The position numbers and the translations under genes were made by a program. Source: an uncultured Enterobacterales bacterium (lineage in GTDB: Bacteria; Pseudomonadota; Gammaproteobacteria; Enterobacterales; Succinivibrionaceae). Taken from it: 64,000 nucleotides of DNA. Below are positions 9,850 through 22,878 of this stretch, piece by piece. Positions within the stretch are counted from its first letter, which is position 1; every line of letters begins with the position of its first letter. The notes beneath the pieces are model-generated. The model was not told the origin of the DNA, made no database searches, and saw only the letters and a program-made list of their open reading frames with translations. Location: assembly GCA_964651505.1 (NCBI GenBank), contig CAZYXT010000001.1, positions 499-64,498 on the forward strand. Reading direction: 5' to 3'.

Positions 9850-9857
<8 letters not shown>
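9156..9857 (-). CDS. pseF: Pseudaminic acid cytidylyltransferase (CMP-sugar synthetase family)
   Basis: VAVIPARGGSTRVPRKNI N-terminal motif of acylneuraminate cytidylyltransferases. Located between pseC and pseG. Confidence 0.8.
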
Positions 9858-13548
<3,691 letters not shown>

Positions 13549-14099
13549 AGATTTTCATACCGTGATATAGCGACTAATGATCCCATCATACCCCAAAATG
13601 GCAGGACTGATGTCAAAAATTCGTAAAAATGTGTTGGATTTTTGACAAGTCCAATCCCTCCCGATAAATACCTGTATCAATAAAATTTTAAAGCCGGGCT
13701 CTTTGCAAAACTTTGATTTTGCCCGGGGGGTTTTTAATTGAGCTGTAACCTGTGCCCCCTGTTTATTGATGCAGGCAAACTAAAGTTTGAATCTTGGGAG
13801 GGACCATGCTGCATGGGGTGAACAAGATTGCCTTGCCAAAGGCTAATGATGCGCCAAGTTTTGGATGAGGTTTGGCCTGATAAGAATGAGCGGCCAAGCG
13901 CGCGGTGTTGTACCCAAGGACTGCAATTGCCACAAATAAGATTCAAGCCCTGTCAATGGCGGGTTGTTTTCAAGATCACAAGCCCTTTTGCCATTCTTGG
14001 CTGTTTAAGCTTGGTCCTTAAAATCGACTTTAAATCTCATCGGGCAATACGGTCCCATAGCACTCTTTTTAAATAGTCGGTTTTCAGACGCCAAGGGGC

Positions 14100-14114
14100 G
14101 GCCCGCCCTTTGCA
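14100..14114 (+). promoter_or_regulatory. Candidate sigma-54 promoter upstream of flgJ (GG-N10-GC)
   Basis: cGGCCCgccctTTGCAt has correct GG/GC spacing and a good -12 TTGCA. The -24 element is degenerate (GGCCC versus GGCAC). It lies about 70 nt upstream of the flgJ ATG. Confidence 0.35.
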
Positions 14115-14144
14115 TAGACTGTTAACTTGTTGATTTTATGGGAC

Positions 14145-14157
14145 TTTTTTTTTTTTT
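14145..14157 (+). repeat. T13 homopolymer tract in the flgJ leader
   Basis: Counted directly: ggac + 13 T + aag, ending 27 nt before the flgJ start codon. Confidence 0.95.
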
Positions 14158-14184
14158 AAGGCTGAGTGCCTAAGGCAGGGATGT

Positions 14185-15171
14185 ATGGCTGATGTTCCTC
14201 TTACCGATAAAAAAGATCTGGGCCTCATTGCCGATGTGCGCGGATTGAGCAAATTGAAAGTGCTGGGCAAGGGCTCCAAGGCAGAGCAGGCTCAGGCTTT
14301 AAAACAGGCCGCCTCGCAATTTGAGGCATTGCTTTTAAAGCAATGCTATGATGCCATGTACAACAGCAATCTTTCCTTGAACCCCGATTCGCCTCTGCAC
14401 AGCCGCTATTCAGGGTTCTTTGAGGATATGTTGAACGCCCAGCGCGTGGACGCCATGGTCAATCAGGACGGGCCCGTCAGCAAAAACTCCATCACCTATC
14501 TTGTGGCCAGGCAATTTGCCAAATCCTTGGGCGATGAAGGCAAAAAGATGCTCGAATCTTTGACCGCGGGCAATCGCGAACTCAATCCTGTCTCCGAGAT
14601 ATCTTTGTCAGGCTCCCACAAGTCTCATAACTTTGCCACATTGAAAATGTCCAATGCCCGCGCGGCCATCAATTCCTACTCTAAACAATACGGCGATTTG
14701 CCCAAGATCGACGGCAAGTTTGCAGATCCCCAGGATTTTGTGGACAAGCTCATGCCCTATGCGGTCAAAGCCACGCAGGGGCAGAACATGAATCCTCTGG
14801 TCTTGGTGGCGCAGGCTGCCCTCGAGACAGGGTGGGGCGAGCATGTGCCGGCCGGCAACAATTATTACGGCATCAAGGCAGGCGGTTCGTGGCGGGGGGC
14901 AACCGAAGATTTTGCCACTCACGAGTATGAAAACGGCAGCAAGGTCAACAAGACCGAGCGCTTTCGCGCTTACGGATCTTTGCTTGAGAGCATGCACGAT
15001 TATGTCAATCTCATCAAAACCAACGAGCGTTATGCCAAAGCCGAGGCCTTGTCCTTTGATACGGACAAGTACTTTGATGAGATTCAAAAGGCAGGTTATG
15101 CCACCGATCCCAACTATGCCAAGAAACTCAAAAAGATAGCGCAGAAAGTGGCTTTCATGGCCTATAAATAG
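14185..15171 (+). CDS. flgJ: Flagellar rod assembly protein / peptidoglycan hydrolase FlgJ
   Basis: N-terminal rod-binding domain (ALKQAASQFEALLLKQCYDAMY). C-terminal glucosaminidase domain (AQAALETGWG...YYGIKA...HEYENG...FRAY). Confidence 0.9.
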   Translation: MADVPLTDKKDLGLIADVRGLSKLKVLGKGSKAEQAQALKQAASQFEALLLKQCYDAMYNSNLSLNPDSPLHSRYSGFFEDMLNAQRVDAMVNQDGPVSKNSITYLVARQFAKSLGDEGKKMLESLTAGNRELNPVSEISLSGSHKSHNFATLKMSNARAAINSYSKQYGDLPKIDGKFADPQDFVDKLMPYAVKATQGQNMNPLVLVAQAALETGWGEHVPAGNNYYGIKAGGSWRGATEDFATHEYENGSKVNKTERFRAYGSLLESMHDYVNLIKTNERYAKAEALSFDTDKYFDEIQKAGYATDPNYAKKLKKIAQKVAFMAYK

Positions 15172-15185
15172 GTTTTTGCCCCGGG

Positions 15186-15200
15186 TGGCATGATATTTGA
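15186..15200 (+). promoter_or_regulatory. Candidate sigma-54 promoter upstream of flgK
   Basis: TGGCATgatatTTGAa has a good -24 element and correct spacing. The -12 reads TTGA rather than TTGC. It lies about 60 nt upstream of the flgK ATG. Confidence 0.4.
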
Positions 15201-15259
15201 ATAAATAGAGCAAAAGATTTATTAAGAGGCAATTTTTGCCCTCAGGGAGATGTAAGAAC

Positions 15260-17263
15260 ATGGATCTGTTAAAAACCGGCAAATACGGCTTGTTGGCCAA
15301 TCAGACACTGCTCAGCACCACAGCAAACAATATCTCCAACGTCAACACCGAAGGCTACGTTCGGCAGCAGACCATTTATTACACCTCGGTGGTCGATTGG
15401 GGCATAGGCGAGAGCTACACCCGTCGCGTTTATGATCAGTATGTGCAGCGCGAATTATATTCGGACATGGCCAATGCGGCCTATTACGAGGCCTACGCCT
15501 CGGGCTTGAGCAATGTGGACAGCATGCTCTCCGACTCCTCCATGTCCATTGCCACCTCCTTAGATTCATTCTTTTCCGCCTTGCAGGATGCGGTGCAAAA
15601 CCCCACTTCCACGGCTTACCGCACCGAGGTGATTGCCCAGCTCAATTTGATGGTGACGCGCTATCAGACTTTAAATGCCGCCATCACCGACGAGCTCAAC
15701 GACGTCAACTCCAAGGTGGACGATGCGGTGCAGACCATCAACGATCTGGTGGTGGGCATCTACAACATCAACCGTCAGATCAATGCCATGTCGGATTCGC
15801 AAAGCGAAGCGGCTTTGCAATTGCAGGACGCGCGCGATCAGCTGGTCTATCAGCTCTCAGAATATGTGGACGTCAATGTGGTCACCACCTCCACGGGCGA
15901 CTACGAGCTGTATTTGGGCAACGGACAGCTGTTGTGCAACGGCGATACCTATGCCACTTTGCAAAGCGGACAGGATCAATATGATCCCACCAAGCGCACG
16001 GTTTCTTTGACCTTTAATACCAGTAGCAGCAGTGCCATTACCATTGCCTACTCAGGCTGGGGCGGGCAATTGGGCGGCCTCTTGGAGAGCACCGACGAAT
16101 TGCGCCAGACCATGAGCGATCTTGGGCAGCTGGCGGTGGCCTTTGCCGATGCCTTAAATGTGCTCAATAATGCAGGCATCACGCTTGAGAACACCGCAGG
16201 CGCAGATATCTTCACCCTCCCTTCGGCTGACGCCGTCACCAATATCTCAGGCTATGCGATGACCGTCACCTTCAATGAAGGACAGGGCTCCAATGTCACC
16301 TCCAACGACTATCAGGTCATCTTTGTAGACGGCCAGATGACTGTGTACATGATTGACGGGGACACCACCACCGAGTTGGTCAGGGATGTTGATTATTACG
16401 TTGACCCAGACAGCACCAATTTAGTGCTGATTATGGATGCTCACGGCATCACCATGACCTTCAATCAGACTGAGTCTGACCTGCTGTCCTCAACCGAACG
16501 GGCCGTCTTCTATGTGCAGCCGACCAGACATGCGGCCTATAATATCAGCCTCAACATCAATAAGGCAGAAGATCTCGCTTTTGCCTCGGCCGTGGTCGGC
16601 AACACCAGCGGCGAAAATCAGGGCGATGCGATCATCAGCTTTGAGGGCATGACGGCTACGGGCGATGATATGGGCGTGACCGTTGAGAACGGTTATCATC
16701 AGTTTACCAGCGGTGCTCCCACTCAAATAGTGATCAATGCAAGCGGCGATTATGTGATCTACGATTCAGACGGAAATGAACTGGGCACTGCTCCTGCCTC
16801 GTGCAACGGCAACAATATTTTTGCCTACACAGTTTGGAACAGTACAGTGGCTGACGGCTACCCAGGATACGAGTTTTCCATTACGGGCACGGTGGTTGCC
16901 GGGGATACCTTTACCATTGAGCTTAACTTCGACGGTTTTGCCGACAATTCCAACGGCGTGCAGATGGGCCTGTTGCAGCAGCAAGATCTGGTCTACTCGT
17001 CATCCTCCAATAAAGTTTCGTTTACCGAAAGCTATGCCAATCTGGTCAGCACCTTGGGCTCGGCCGTGATGTCGGCGCAGATCAATTTGGAAGCTGCCGA
17101 AAGCAAGCTTGAGCAGACTGAAGCCCTCTACTCGTCATCAGCCGGCGTCAACTTGGACGAGGAGGCGGTCAACTTGATCCGCTTCCAGCAATGCTATGCA
17201 GCCTGCGCCAAGATCATTACGACTTCGCAGACCACATTTGATGCCTTAATCAATGCCATTTAA
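15260..17263 (+). CDS. flgK: Flagellar hook-associated protein 1 (FlgK)
   Basis: N-terminal MDLLKTGKYGLLANQTLLSTTANNISNVNTEGY and C-terminal VNLDEEAVNLIRFQQCYAACAKII are the conserved FlgK rod/hook terminal helices. GGGAGA RBS 8 nt before ATG 15260. Confidence 0.9.
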   Translation: MDLLKTGKYGLLANQTLLSTTANNISNVNTEGYVRQQTIYYTSVVDWGIGESYTRRVYDQYVQRELYSDMANAAYYEAYASGLSNVDSMLSDSSMSIATSLDSFFSALQDAVQNPTSTAYRTEVIAQLNLMVTRYQTLNAAITDELNDVNSKVDDAVQTINDLVVGIYNINRQINAMSDSQSEAALQLQDARDQLVYQLSEYVDVNVVTTSTGDYELYLGNGQLLCNGDTYATLQSGQDQYDPTKRTVSLTFNTSSSSAITIAYSGWGGQLGGLLESTDELRQTMSDLGQLAVAFADALNVLNNAGITLENTAGADIFTLPSADAVTNISGYAMTVTFNEGQGSNVTSNDYQVIFVDGQMTVYMIDGDTTTELVRDVDYYVDPDSTNLVLIMDAHGITMTFNQTESDLLSSTERAVFYVQPTRHAAYNISLNINKAEDLAFASAVVGNTSGENQGDAIISFEGMTATGDDMGVTVENGYHQFTSGAPTQIVINASGDYVIYDSDGNELGTAPASCNGNNIFAYTVWNSTVADGYPGYEFSITGTVVAGDTFTIELNFDGFADNSNGVQMGLLQQQDLVYSSSSNKVSFTESYANLVSTLGSAVMSAQINLEAAESKLEQTEALYSSSAGVNLDEEAVNLIRFQQCYAACAKIITTSQTTFDALINAI

Positions 17264-17277
17264 GGGAGGAATGCAAG

Positions 17278-18567
17278 ATGCGTATTTCAACGGCCATGCA
17301 GTACAACACCACCATGATGTACATCCAAAAGGCCAACACCAGACTCGATGAGGCTGCGCAGCAATACAATACCGGCAAAAAATTCACCACGGCAGGCGAA
17401 GATCCGTCGGGCATGAGCTCCAGCATCAAGTACACCTCCGATATCTCGGCCTACGATCAGTACCAGATAAACGCAGGTTTGGCCGCCGACACTCTGTCCC
17501 AAAGCGAGACAGCCCTTGAGCAGCTGTGGAATGTGCTCAATTCTCTGAGCGTTTCCATACAGCAGGCGGTCAACGGCACCATGGATGAAAGCAGCAAGAG
17601 CGCCATTGCCGCAACCATCGAGCAGTATCAGGCACAGATCTTCGATTTGATGAACACCAAGAATGCCGAAGGCGAATATATCTTCAGCGGCAATCAAAGC
17701 TCTCAGCCTGCCATTACCTTAACCTCTGACGGCAACTATTATTGCCAGGCCGACGGCGGCAGCCGCTCGGTGCAGGTCTCCCCGACGCAGACCGTGCAGG
17801 TGACCGACAGCGCCCTGAACATTTTCCAAAATGTCGCCTTGGCCAAGGAAATCAACGGAGAACACACGAGCGTAACCTATACGGATACAACAGGCGCAAC
17901 TGTCACTGGCGGCACATTGGACGATGAAGACATTCAGATCACCAATTACGATGACTTTGAAGATCTGTATGCCGATTATTTCAGCACGGTTAATACTGCC
18001 CAAAACACCCTCTATTTTGAAATAGATGTTACGGCCGGCATTTTCACCCTGTACGATTCTCCGGATCCTGCTACGCGCACAGCCATTGACAGCGGAGAGC
18101 TTACCGAAAGCAACAAGATTGAGTGCAAGGGCATTACCATCGATGTCAGCAGCATCATCGAGAACAGCCAAGATAACACGACGGCCACGGTCAGCATTAC
18201 GCTGCAGCCTGTTGAAAAAGACAATATTTTGAATGTGTTAAGCGACGTCATCAGCGTGCTGCGAGATACGGACATCAGCAACGAAGAGTATGTCGAACAG
18301 CTTGCCTTAGCTCAGATCAGCATCGCAAACGCCATGACCAACTACGACAAGTATCGCGGCGAGATCGGCGCGCGCCTGACGCAAATTGACAGCATCATAG
18401 ATTCCAACGATGCCTTGGGCCTCATCAAAGAAACCGCCTTGGCCAATGTCACCGAAATTGACACCTACGAGGCCGTCTCCAATCTCTTAAAAGAGCAGCT
18501 TGCGTTGCAAAGCGCCCAGCAGTCCTATGCCATCGTGCACTCGTCATCCTTGTTTGACTATATCTGA
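17278..18567 (+). CDS. flgL: Flagellar hook-associated protein 3 (FlgL)
   Basis: Flagellin-like N terminus (MRISTAMQYNTTMMYIQKANTRLDEAAQQYNTGKKF) and C terminus (EAVSNLLKEQLALQSAQQSYA). Follows flgK. Confidence 0.88.
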   Translation: MRISTAMQYNTTMMYIQKANTRLDEAAQQYNTGKKFTTAGEDPSGMSSSIKYTSDISAYDQYQINAGLAADTLSQSETALEQLWNVLNSLSVSIQQAVNGTMDESSKSAIAATIEQYQAQIFDLMNTKNAEGEYIFSGNQSSQPAITLTSDGNYYCQADGGSRSVQVSPTQTVQVTDSALNIFQNVALAKEINGEHTSVTYTDTTGATVTGGTLDDEDIQITNYDDFEDLYADYFSTVNTAQNTLYFEIDVTAGIFTLYDSPDPATRTAIDSGELTESNKIECKGITIDVSSIIENSQDNTTATVSITLQPVEKDNILNVLSDVISVLRDTDISNEEYVEQLALAQISIANAMTNYDKYRGEIGARLTQIDSIIDSNDALGLIKETALANVTEIDTYEAVSNLLKEQLALQSAQQSYAIVHSSSLFDYI

Positions 18568-18592
18568 TATTTTGCAGGTTTTAACCAAAGAC

Positions 18593-18624
18593 CCCGGGGA
18601 ACCGCCCCCGGGTTTTCTTTTTTA
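18593..18624 (+). terminator. Rho-independent terminator after flgL
   Basis: CCCGGGG-aaccgc-CCCCGGG hairpin followed by TTTTCTTTTTT. Confidence 0.8.
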
Positions 18625-18738
18625 AGAACAAAAGAGGCGTCAAGGGATCTCAAAACAGCCTGTGCCTGCGAGTTTTAGCATTGCGCAGGGCGCTGTTTGC
18701 CGCTAAAATTTGAGAATAGTCAAAGTTTTGGTCAACAC

Positions 18739-20151
18739 ATGCGCTATAACACCTCAGGTTTTTTGGCAGATGCGGCGTTGCGTCCGCTGCTTTATGTCTG
18801 CATGGCAGCCTTGCCCGGCGTCCTGTTCGGCTATGATCTGGGGACGCTTTTAATCAACCAAAACTTTTTGGCCGAGTTTTTTATCTTAAACGCCGATGAT
18901 CTCAATGTGCTGGCAGGCACCACCTCTTTGGGAGTGCTGCTGGGGCTGTTCGTGGGAGGTTATCTTACCTACTCCTCGGGAAGACGCATCAGCATCATCA
19001 GCTCATCTGCTCTTGGCAACCTGGCCATCTTTGCCTCCATCTTTGCCCCTTCCTTGTCGGTTTTGTTGTGCTCGCAATTTGTCATCGGCTTTGCCTTGGG
19101 GGTATATGCTCTGGCCGCCTTGTTATTCGTGAGCGAAATTGCCCTGCCCTCAAGCCGCGGAATGTGCACCTGCATGCTGCCTTTGATGCTGTTGTGCGGC
19201 CTGATCTTCGCCGTCCTGACGCGCGGGGCCAAGCTTGCCTCCGAAGGATTTTTGCTGCTTATCGTCTTGACCATCGTCAATGTGGGGATGATTGTCCTCA
19301 ATATCTTCAAGCTGCCCGAAAGCCCCCGCTATCTTGCCATCAGCGGCCAATCAGATGCGGCGCTGCCGGTCTTGTTTCGCTTGCGCCTTGACATGGGCAT
19401 GGCCGCCCGCGAGCTTGCCATCATCAACGAGTGCTGCCGCAATGCCCAAAGAGGCTCGGATCTGTTTGTGCGCAGCGGCAATTTCAGGCGTCTGATGTGG
19501 ACCTTGGTGACGCTCTCTTTTTTGGTCAATTTCAGCGGATCTTTTGTGGTGCCCTTTACGCTGGCCGATTTGGTCTATGCCTCAGATTTGAGCATGCGCT
19601 ACAGCTATTACGATTACACATTGGGCCTGATTAAGGCTTCCTTGGCCGCAGCGCTCTTTGCCGTGCTGATTTGCGCGGTGGCCTCCGACAGGCTCGGGCG
19701 GCGCAAGACTTTGCTCTCATCGCTGGCAGGCAGCATGCTCTCCTTGGGGTTTTTGTGCCTGACTGCTCTTTTTGAACCTGCCCAATCGACGCTGCTGCTC
19801 TCGGTGTTTTTGCTGTGTTACATCTTTTGCTCCTGCTTTTACGGGGTGGTGCTGATAGGCATGCTGTTTGTCGAGCTCATCCCCACCCGCGCCCGCGAGT
19901 TTGGAGTGACGGCCCTGTTGATGACCTCCACCATCGCTTTTTTGGCCTGCATGCAGTTTTTTGCGGAAAATATCGGCACTTTGGCCTTCTCGGGCTTTTT
20001 TGCTTTGTGCCTGCTCTTCTCGGCGGTGATGTGGCTGTTCATCTATGCTTTTATGCCCAATACGGTCAGTGCGTCGCTGGAGGGCATTGAAAGCCGCCTC
20101 TTGTCGGGGCGCAAGATCAAAGATTTGGGACGGGTGGGCGATCAGTATTAA
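18739..20151 (+). CDS. MFS transporter, sugar-porter family
   Basis: 12-TM profile. GRR motif (SGRRISI) and PESPRYL signature of sugar porters. ATG 18739 preferred over the upstream TTG. Confidence 0.75.
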   Translation: MRYNTSGFLADAALRPLLYVCMAALPGVLFGYDLGTLLINQNFLAEFFILNADDLNVLAGTTSLGVLLGLFVGGYLTYSSGRRISIISSSALGNLAIFASIFAPSLSVLLCSQFVIGFALGVYALAALLFVSEIALPSSRGMCTCMLPLMLLCGLIFAVLTRGAKLASEGFLLLIVLTIVNVGMIVLNIFKLPESPRYLAISGQSDAALPVLFRLRLDMGMAARELAIINECCRNAQRGSDLFVRSGNFRRLMWTLVTLSFLVNFSGSFVVPFTLADLVYASDLSMRYSYYDYTLGLIKASLAAALFAVLICAVASDRLGRRKTLLSSLAGSMLSLGFLCLTALFEPAQSTLLLSVFLLCYIFCSCFYGVVLIGMLFVELIPTRAREFGVTALLMTSTIAFLACMQFFAENIGTLAFSGFFALCLLFSAVMWLFIYAFMPNTVSASLEGIESRLLSGRKIKDLGRVGDQY

Positions 20152-20240
20152 CCGCAAGCTTGCCAAAACCAAGCCGAAGATTGAGGATCATCAAGCCGCA
20201 ATGCTTTTTTGCAGGATGCTGCGTCTTTTTGATGCGACCG

Positions 20241-21338
20241 TTAATCCACGCTTGAGCGATCTTCTGCCAACGTGATGGGAATGGTCATGGTGCGCTTGCC
20301 GCGGCGGACCGTAAAGTTCATGACGGTGCCCGGGGTGGTCGAGGAGATGATATCGATGAGTCCGCGCAGATTGGAAATTTTCTTCCCGTCGGCCCCCACT
20401 ATCAAATCCCCCGTTTGCAATTCGGATTCGGCCGCAGGACCCTGCGGGTCGATGTAGCCTACCCTGACGCCCACGCCGCTGTCATCGGGCAGAGGAGTGG
20501 TGCCGTCATCGGAGATCCCAAGGTAGCCTCTGATCACGCGCCCGTGTTTTATGATCTCGTTTAACACATAGACCACCAGCTTGGTGGGGACGGCAAAGCC
20601 TATGCCGTAGGTGCCGTAGCGGTAATTGTTGAAAGAGGCGGTGTTGATGCCTATCATCACTCCTGCGGTGTTGATGAGCGCTCCGCCCGAATTGCCCTGA
20701 TTGATGGGGGCATCGGTCTGAATGAGATCTTGGAGGCCGTCGCGAATATTCATCTGATCGCGCGTCAGCAGCCCCGATCCCGTGCGGGCAGTGGCCGACA
20801 CGATGCCGTGAGTGACGGTCTGGCCAAGATTGTTGGGATTGCCGATGGCCAGGACCACGTCCCCCACTTGGGGCGTCTGACCAAGATCAATGGGAATGGG
20901 GGTTAAGCCCTGGGCCTGGATCTTGAGCACCGCAATATCGGTGCGCCGATCGTATCCTGCCACGAAGGCCTGATAAACCTTGCCGTCGCGGGTTTGGGCC
21001 CAGATGGCCTGATTGGGTTCGTTGCCCGACGGCACCACATGATAGTTGGTCACGATGATGCCGTCGCTGCTCATGATCACCCCCGATGCCGACACGGTGA
21101 TGGCCCCGCCTGCAGCTTCGGTGGAGTAATCATGATTTAAGGTTGAAACGTAGATGTTGACTACGCTGGGGGCCGCCCGGGCCACCGCGTAGGCATAAGA
21201 GACGGGCTCTTGGCCTTGCGAGTAGATCGCCGTGCCGATGTTTTGGCCCAAGGTGGGGTACAACATCAAGATCACGGCGCCGATGGCTACGCCGGCTGCT
21301 GCAGTGCCGGCCGTTCTCAGCCAAATCTTCCTGATCAT
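20241..21338 (-). CDS. degS: Envelope-stress serine endoprotease DegS-like (S1C protease + one PDZ)
   Basis: N-terminal membrane anchor, catalytic GNSGGAL, a single C-terminal PDZ. Follows degQ, as in many gammaproteobacteria. Confidence 0.8.
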   Translation of the reverse strand: MIRKIWLRTAGTAAAGVAIGAVILMLYPTLGQNIGTAIYSQGQEPVSYAYAVARAAPSVVNIYVSTLNHDYSTEAAGGAITVSASGVIMSSDGIIVTNYHVVPSGNEPNQAIWAQTRDGKVYQAFVAGYDRRTDIAVLKIQAQGLTPIPIDLGQTPQVGDVVLAIGNPNNLGQTVTHGIVSATARTGSGLLTRDQMNIRDGLQDLIQTDAPINQGNSGGALINTAGVMIGINTASFNNYRYGTYGIGFAVPTKLVVYVLNEIIKHGRVIRGYLGISDDGTTPLPDDSGVGVRVGYIDPQGPAAESELQTGDLIVGADGKKISNLRGLIDIISSTTPGTVMNFTVRRGKRTMTIPITLAEDRSSVD

Positions 21339-21358
21339 GCCAAAGCCCTTTGTCTCCT

Positions 21359-22732
21359 TTAGCGAATGGTGATGAAGATGGTCGAATTGCCTCTTAAGAT
21401 GCGCAATGCGCTTACCTTGCCTTCGGCATTCTTCAACAGATCTTTAAGCTCGTTAAGATCGGTTACATTATACCGATTGACGCCGGTAATGATATCGCCC
21501 TTGCGCAGGCCCAAAGCATAAGCCTTGGTTTGCGGAGCCACTTCGGTGACCTCGACGCCGCCTTCATCGTGATTGGACAGGGTCGCGCCCTCGAAGGACT
21601 CGGACAATCCGGTGGTCTCCGAGCCTGACAGTTTCTGAGGCTCTTGCAGCGTGGCGGTGACCTCTATTTCCTTGCCGTCGCGGAAGATGCCGATCTTAAC
21701 CTTGTTGCCGGCGCCCAAAGTTGCGATCTTTGCGCGCAGCTCGCCAAAGGATTGAATGTTCTTGCCGTCAACGGAGGTGATGATGTCGCCGCTCTTGATG
21801 CCGGCCTTGTCGGCTGCCGACCCTTCGGCAACTTCGTTGACAAAGGCGCCGTAAGAGCGGTTGTAGCCGAAGTTCTTGGCAAGCTCCGAGTTAAGCTCGG
21901 TGCCGATGACGCCCAATTGTCCGCGCCTTACCTCGCCATACTCTTGCAGCTGAGCCACCACGGTCTTGACCATGTTGGAGGGGATGGCAAAGCCGATGCC
22001 GATGTTGCCGCCGTTGGGGCCCAAGATGGCGGTGTTGATGCCCACCAGCTCCCCTTTAAGGTTGACCAGGGCGCCGCCCGAGTTGCCCGAGTTGATGGCA
22101 GCATCGGTCTGAATGAAGTTTTCGATGTTCTCGATGTTAAGTCCCGTGCGCCCTAAAGCGGAGATGATGCCCGAGGTTACCGTTTGCCCCAGGCCAAAAG
22201 GATTGCCGATGGCCACGGCAAAGTCTCCCACTTCAAGCTCATCGGAGTTAGATAGAGTGATGGCGCTCAAATCGTCAAAATCATCAAGCTGCAATAAGGC
22301 AAGATCGGTGTGCTGATCCGAGCCTATCTTCTTGGCATCAAATTCGCGCCCGTCGCTTAAAGCCACCCTGATCTCTTCGGCGTCGCTGATCACATGGTGA
22401 TTGGTGACGATGTAGCCCTTTTTGGCATCGATGATCACGCCTGATCCCAAGGCTCTAAACTCGCGCTGGCGCGGTCTGTCGAGGTTGGGGAACATGAAGC
22501 GAAATTCATCGGGAATGTTGAGCATGGGACGCACATCCTTTTTGCCCTTGACGGAGATGTTGACCACGGCGGGGATCACCGTTTTGAGCATGGGAGCCAA
22601 AGAAGGCTCTCCGTCACGGCCGAAGGCATTGATGAGGGGAGTGGCGTCGGCAGAGAAGACCTGCACAGAACCTGCTGCCAATACGGAAGCGAGGGCTAAA
22701 GTAACGGCTTTTTTGTGCATGCTCTTTAACAT
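21359..22732 (-). CDS. degQ: Periplasmic serine endoprotease DegQ/DegP (S1C protease + two PDZ)
   Basis: Signal peptide (MLKSMHKKAVTLALASVLAAGSVQVFSA), TNHHV, DLALL, GNSGGAL triad contexts, two PDZ repeats. AAGGAG RBS before ATG 22732. Confidence 0.88.
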   Translation of the reverse strand: MLKSMHKKAVTLALASVLAAGSVQVFSADATPLINAFGRDGEPSLAPMLKTVIPAVVNISVKGKKDVRPMLNIPDEFRFMFPNLDRPRQREFRALGSGVIIDAKKGYIVTNHHVISDAEEIRVALSDGREFDAKKIGSDQHTDLALLQLDDFDDLSAITLSNSDELEVGDFAVAIGNPFGLGQTVTSGIISALGRTGLNIENIENFIQTDAAINSGNSGGALVNLKGELVGINTAILGPNGGNIGIGFAIPSNMVKTVVAQLQEYGEVRRGQLGVIGTELNSELAKNFGYNRSYGAFVNEVAEGSAADKAGIKSGDIITSVDGKNIQSFGELRAKIATLGAGNKVKIGIFRDGKEIEVTATLQEPQKLSGSETTGLSESFEGATLSNHDEGGVEVTEVAPQTKAYALGLRKGDIITGVNRYNVTDLNELKDLLKNAEGKVSALRILRGNSTIFITIR

Positions 22733-22878
22733 AATCGAATACTCCTTAACATAACTTGTTACTGTCCTGTTGGACGGCAAAAATTTGATTTGGTTCACAG
22801 TTTTTGCAGGCTTTGACTCTTTCTTGCGTGACTTGGCGCAAAAAATATGCCGCAGGACGCGGCACGTTTGCAGATAGA

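Noticed and set aside
13660-13735. A possible sigma-28-driven small RNA: a CCCGATAA box followed about 30 nt later by a hairpin and T5
   Set aside because: No acceptable -35 (TAAAGTTT-like) lies at the right distance. The stem is only 6 bp with a 21-nt loop. This is too weak to call a gene, so it is mentioned only as part of the intergenic-region finding.
13734-14076. Two overlapping ORFs (70 aa minus strand, 82 aa plus strand) in the flrA-flgJ spacer
   Set aside because: They have non-ATG or RBS-less starts and Cys/Trp/Arg-rich, non-protein-like composition. I recognised no similarity to flagellar small proteins (FlgM/FlgN).
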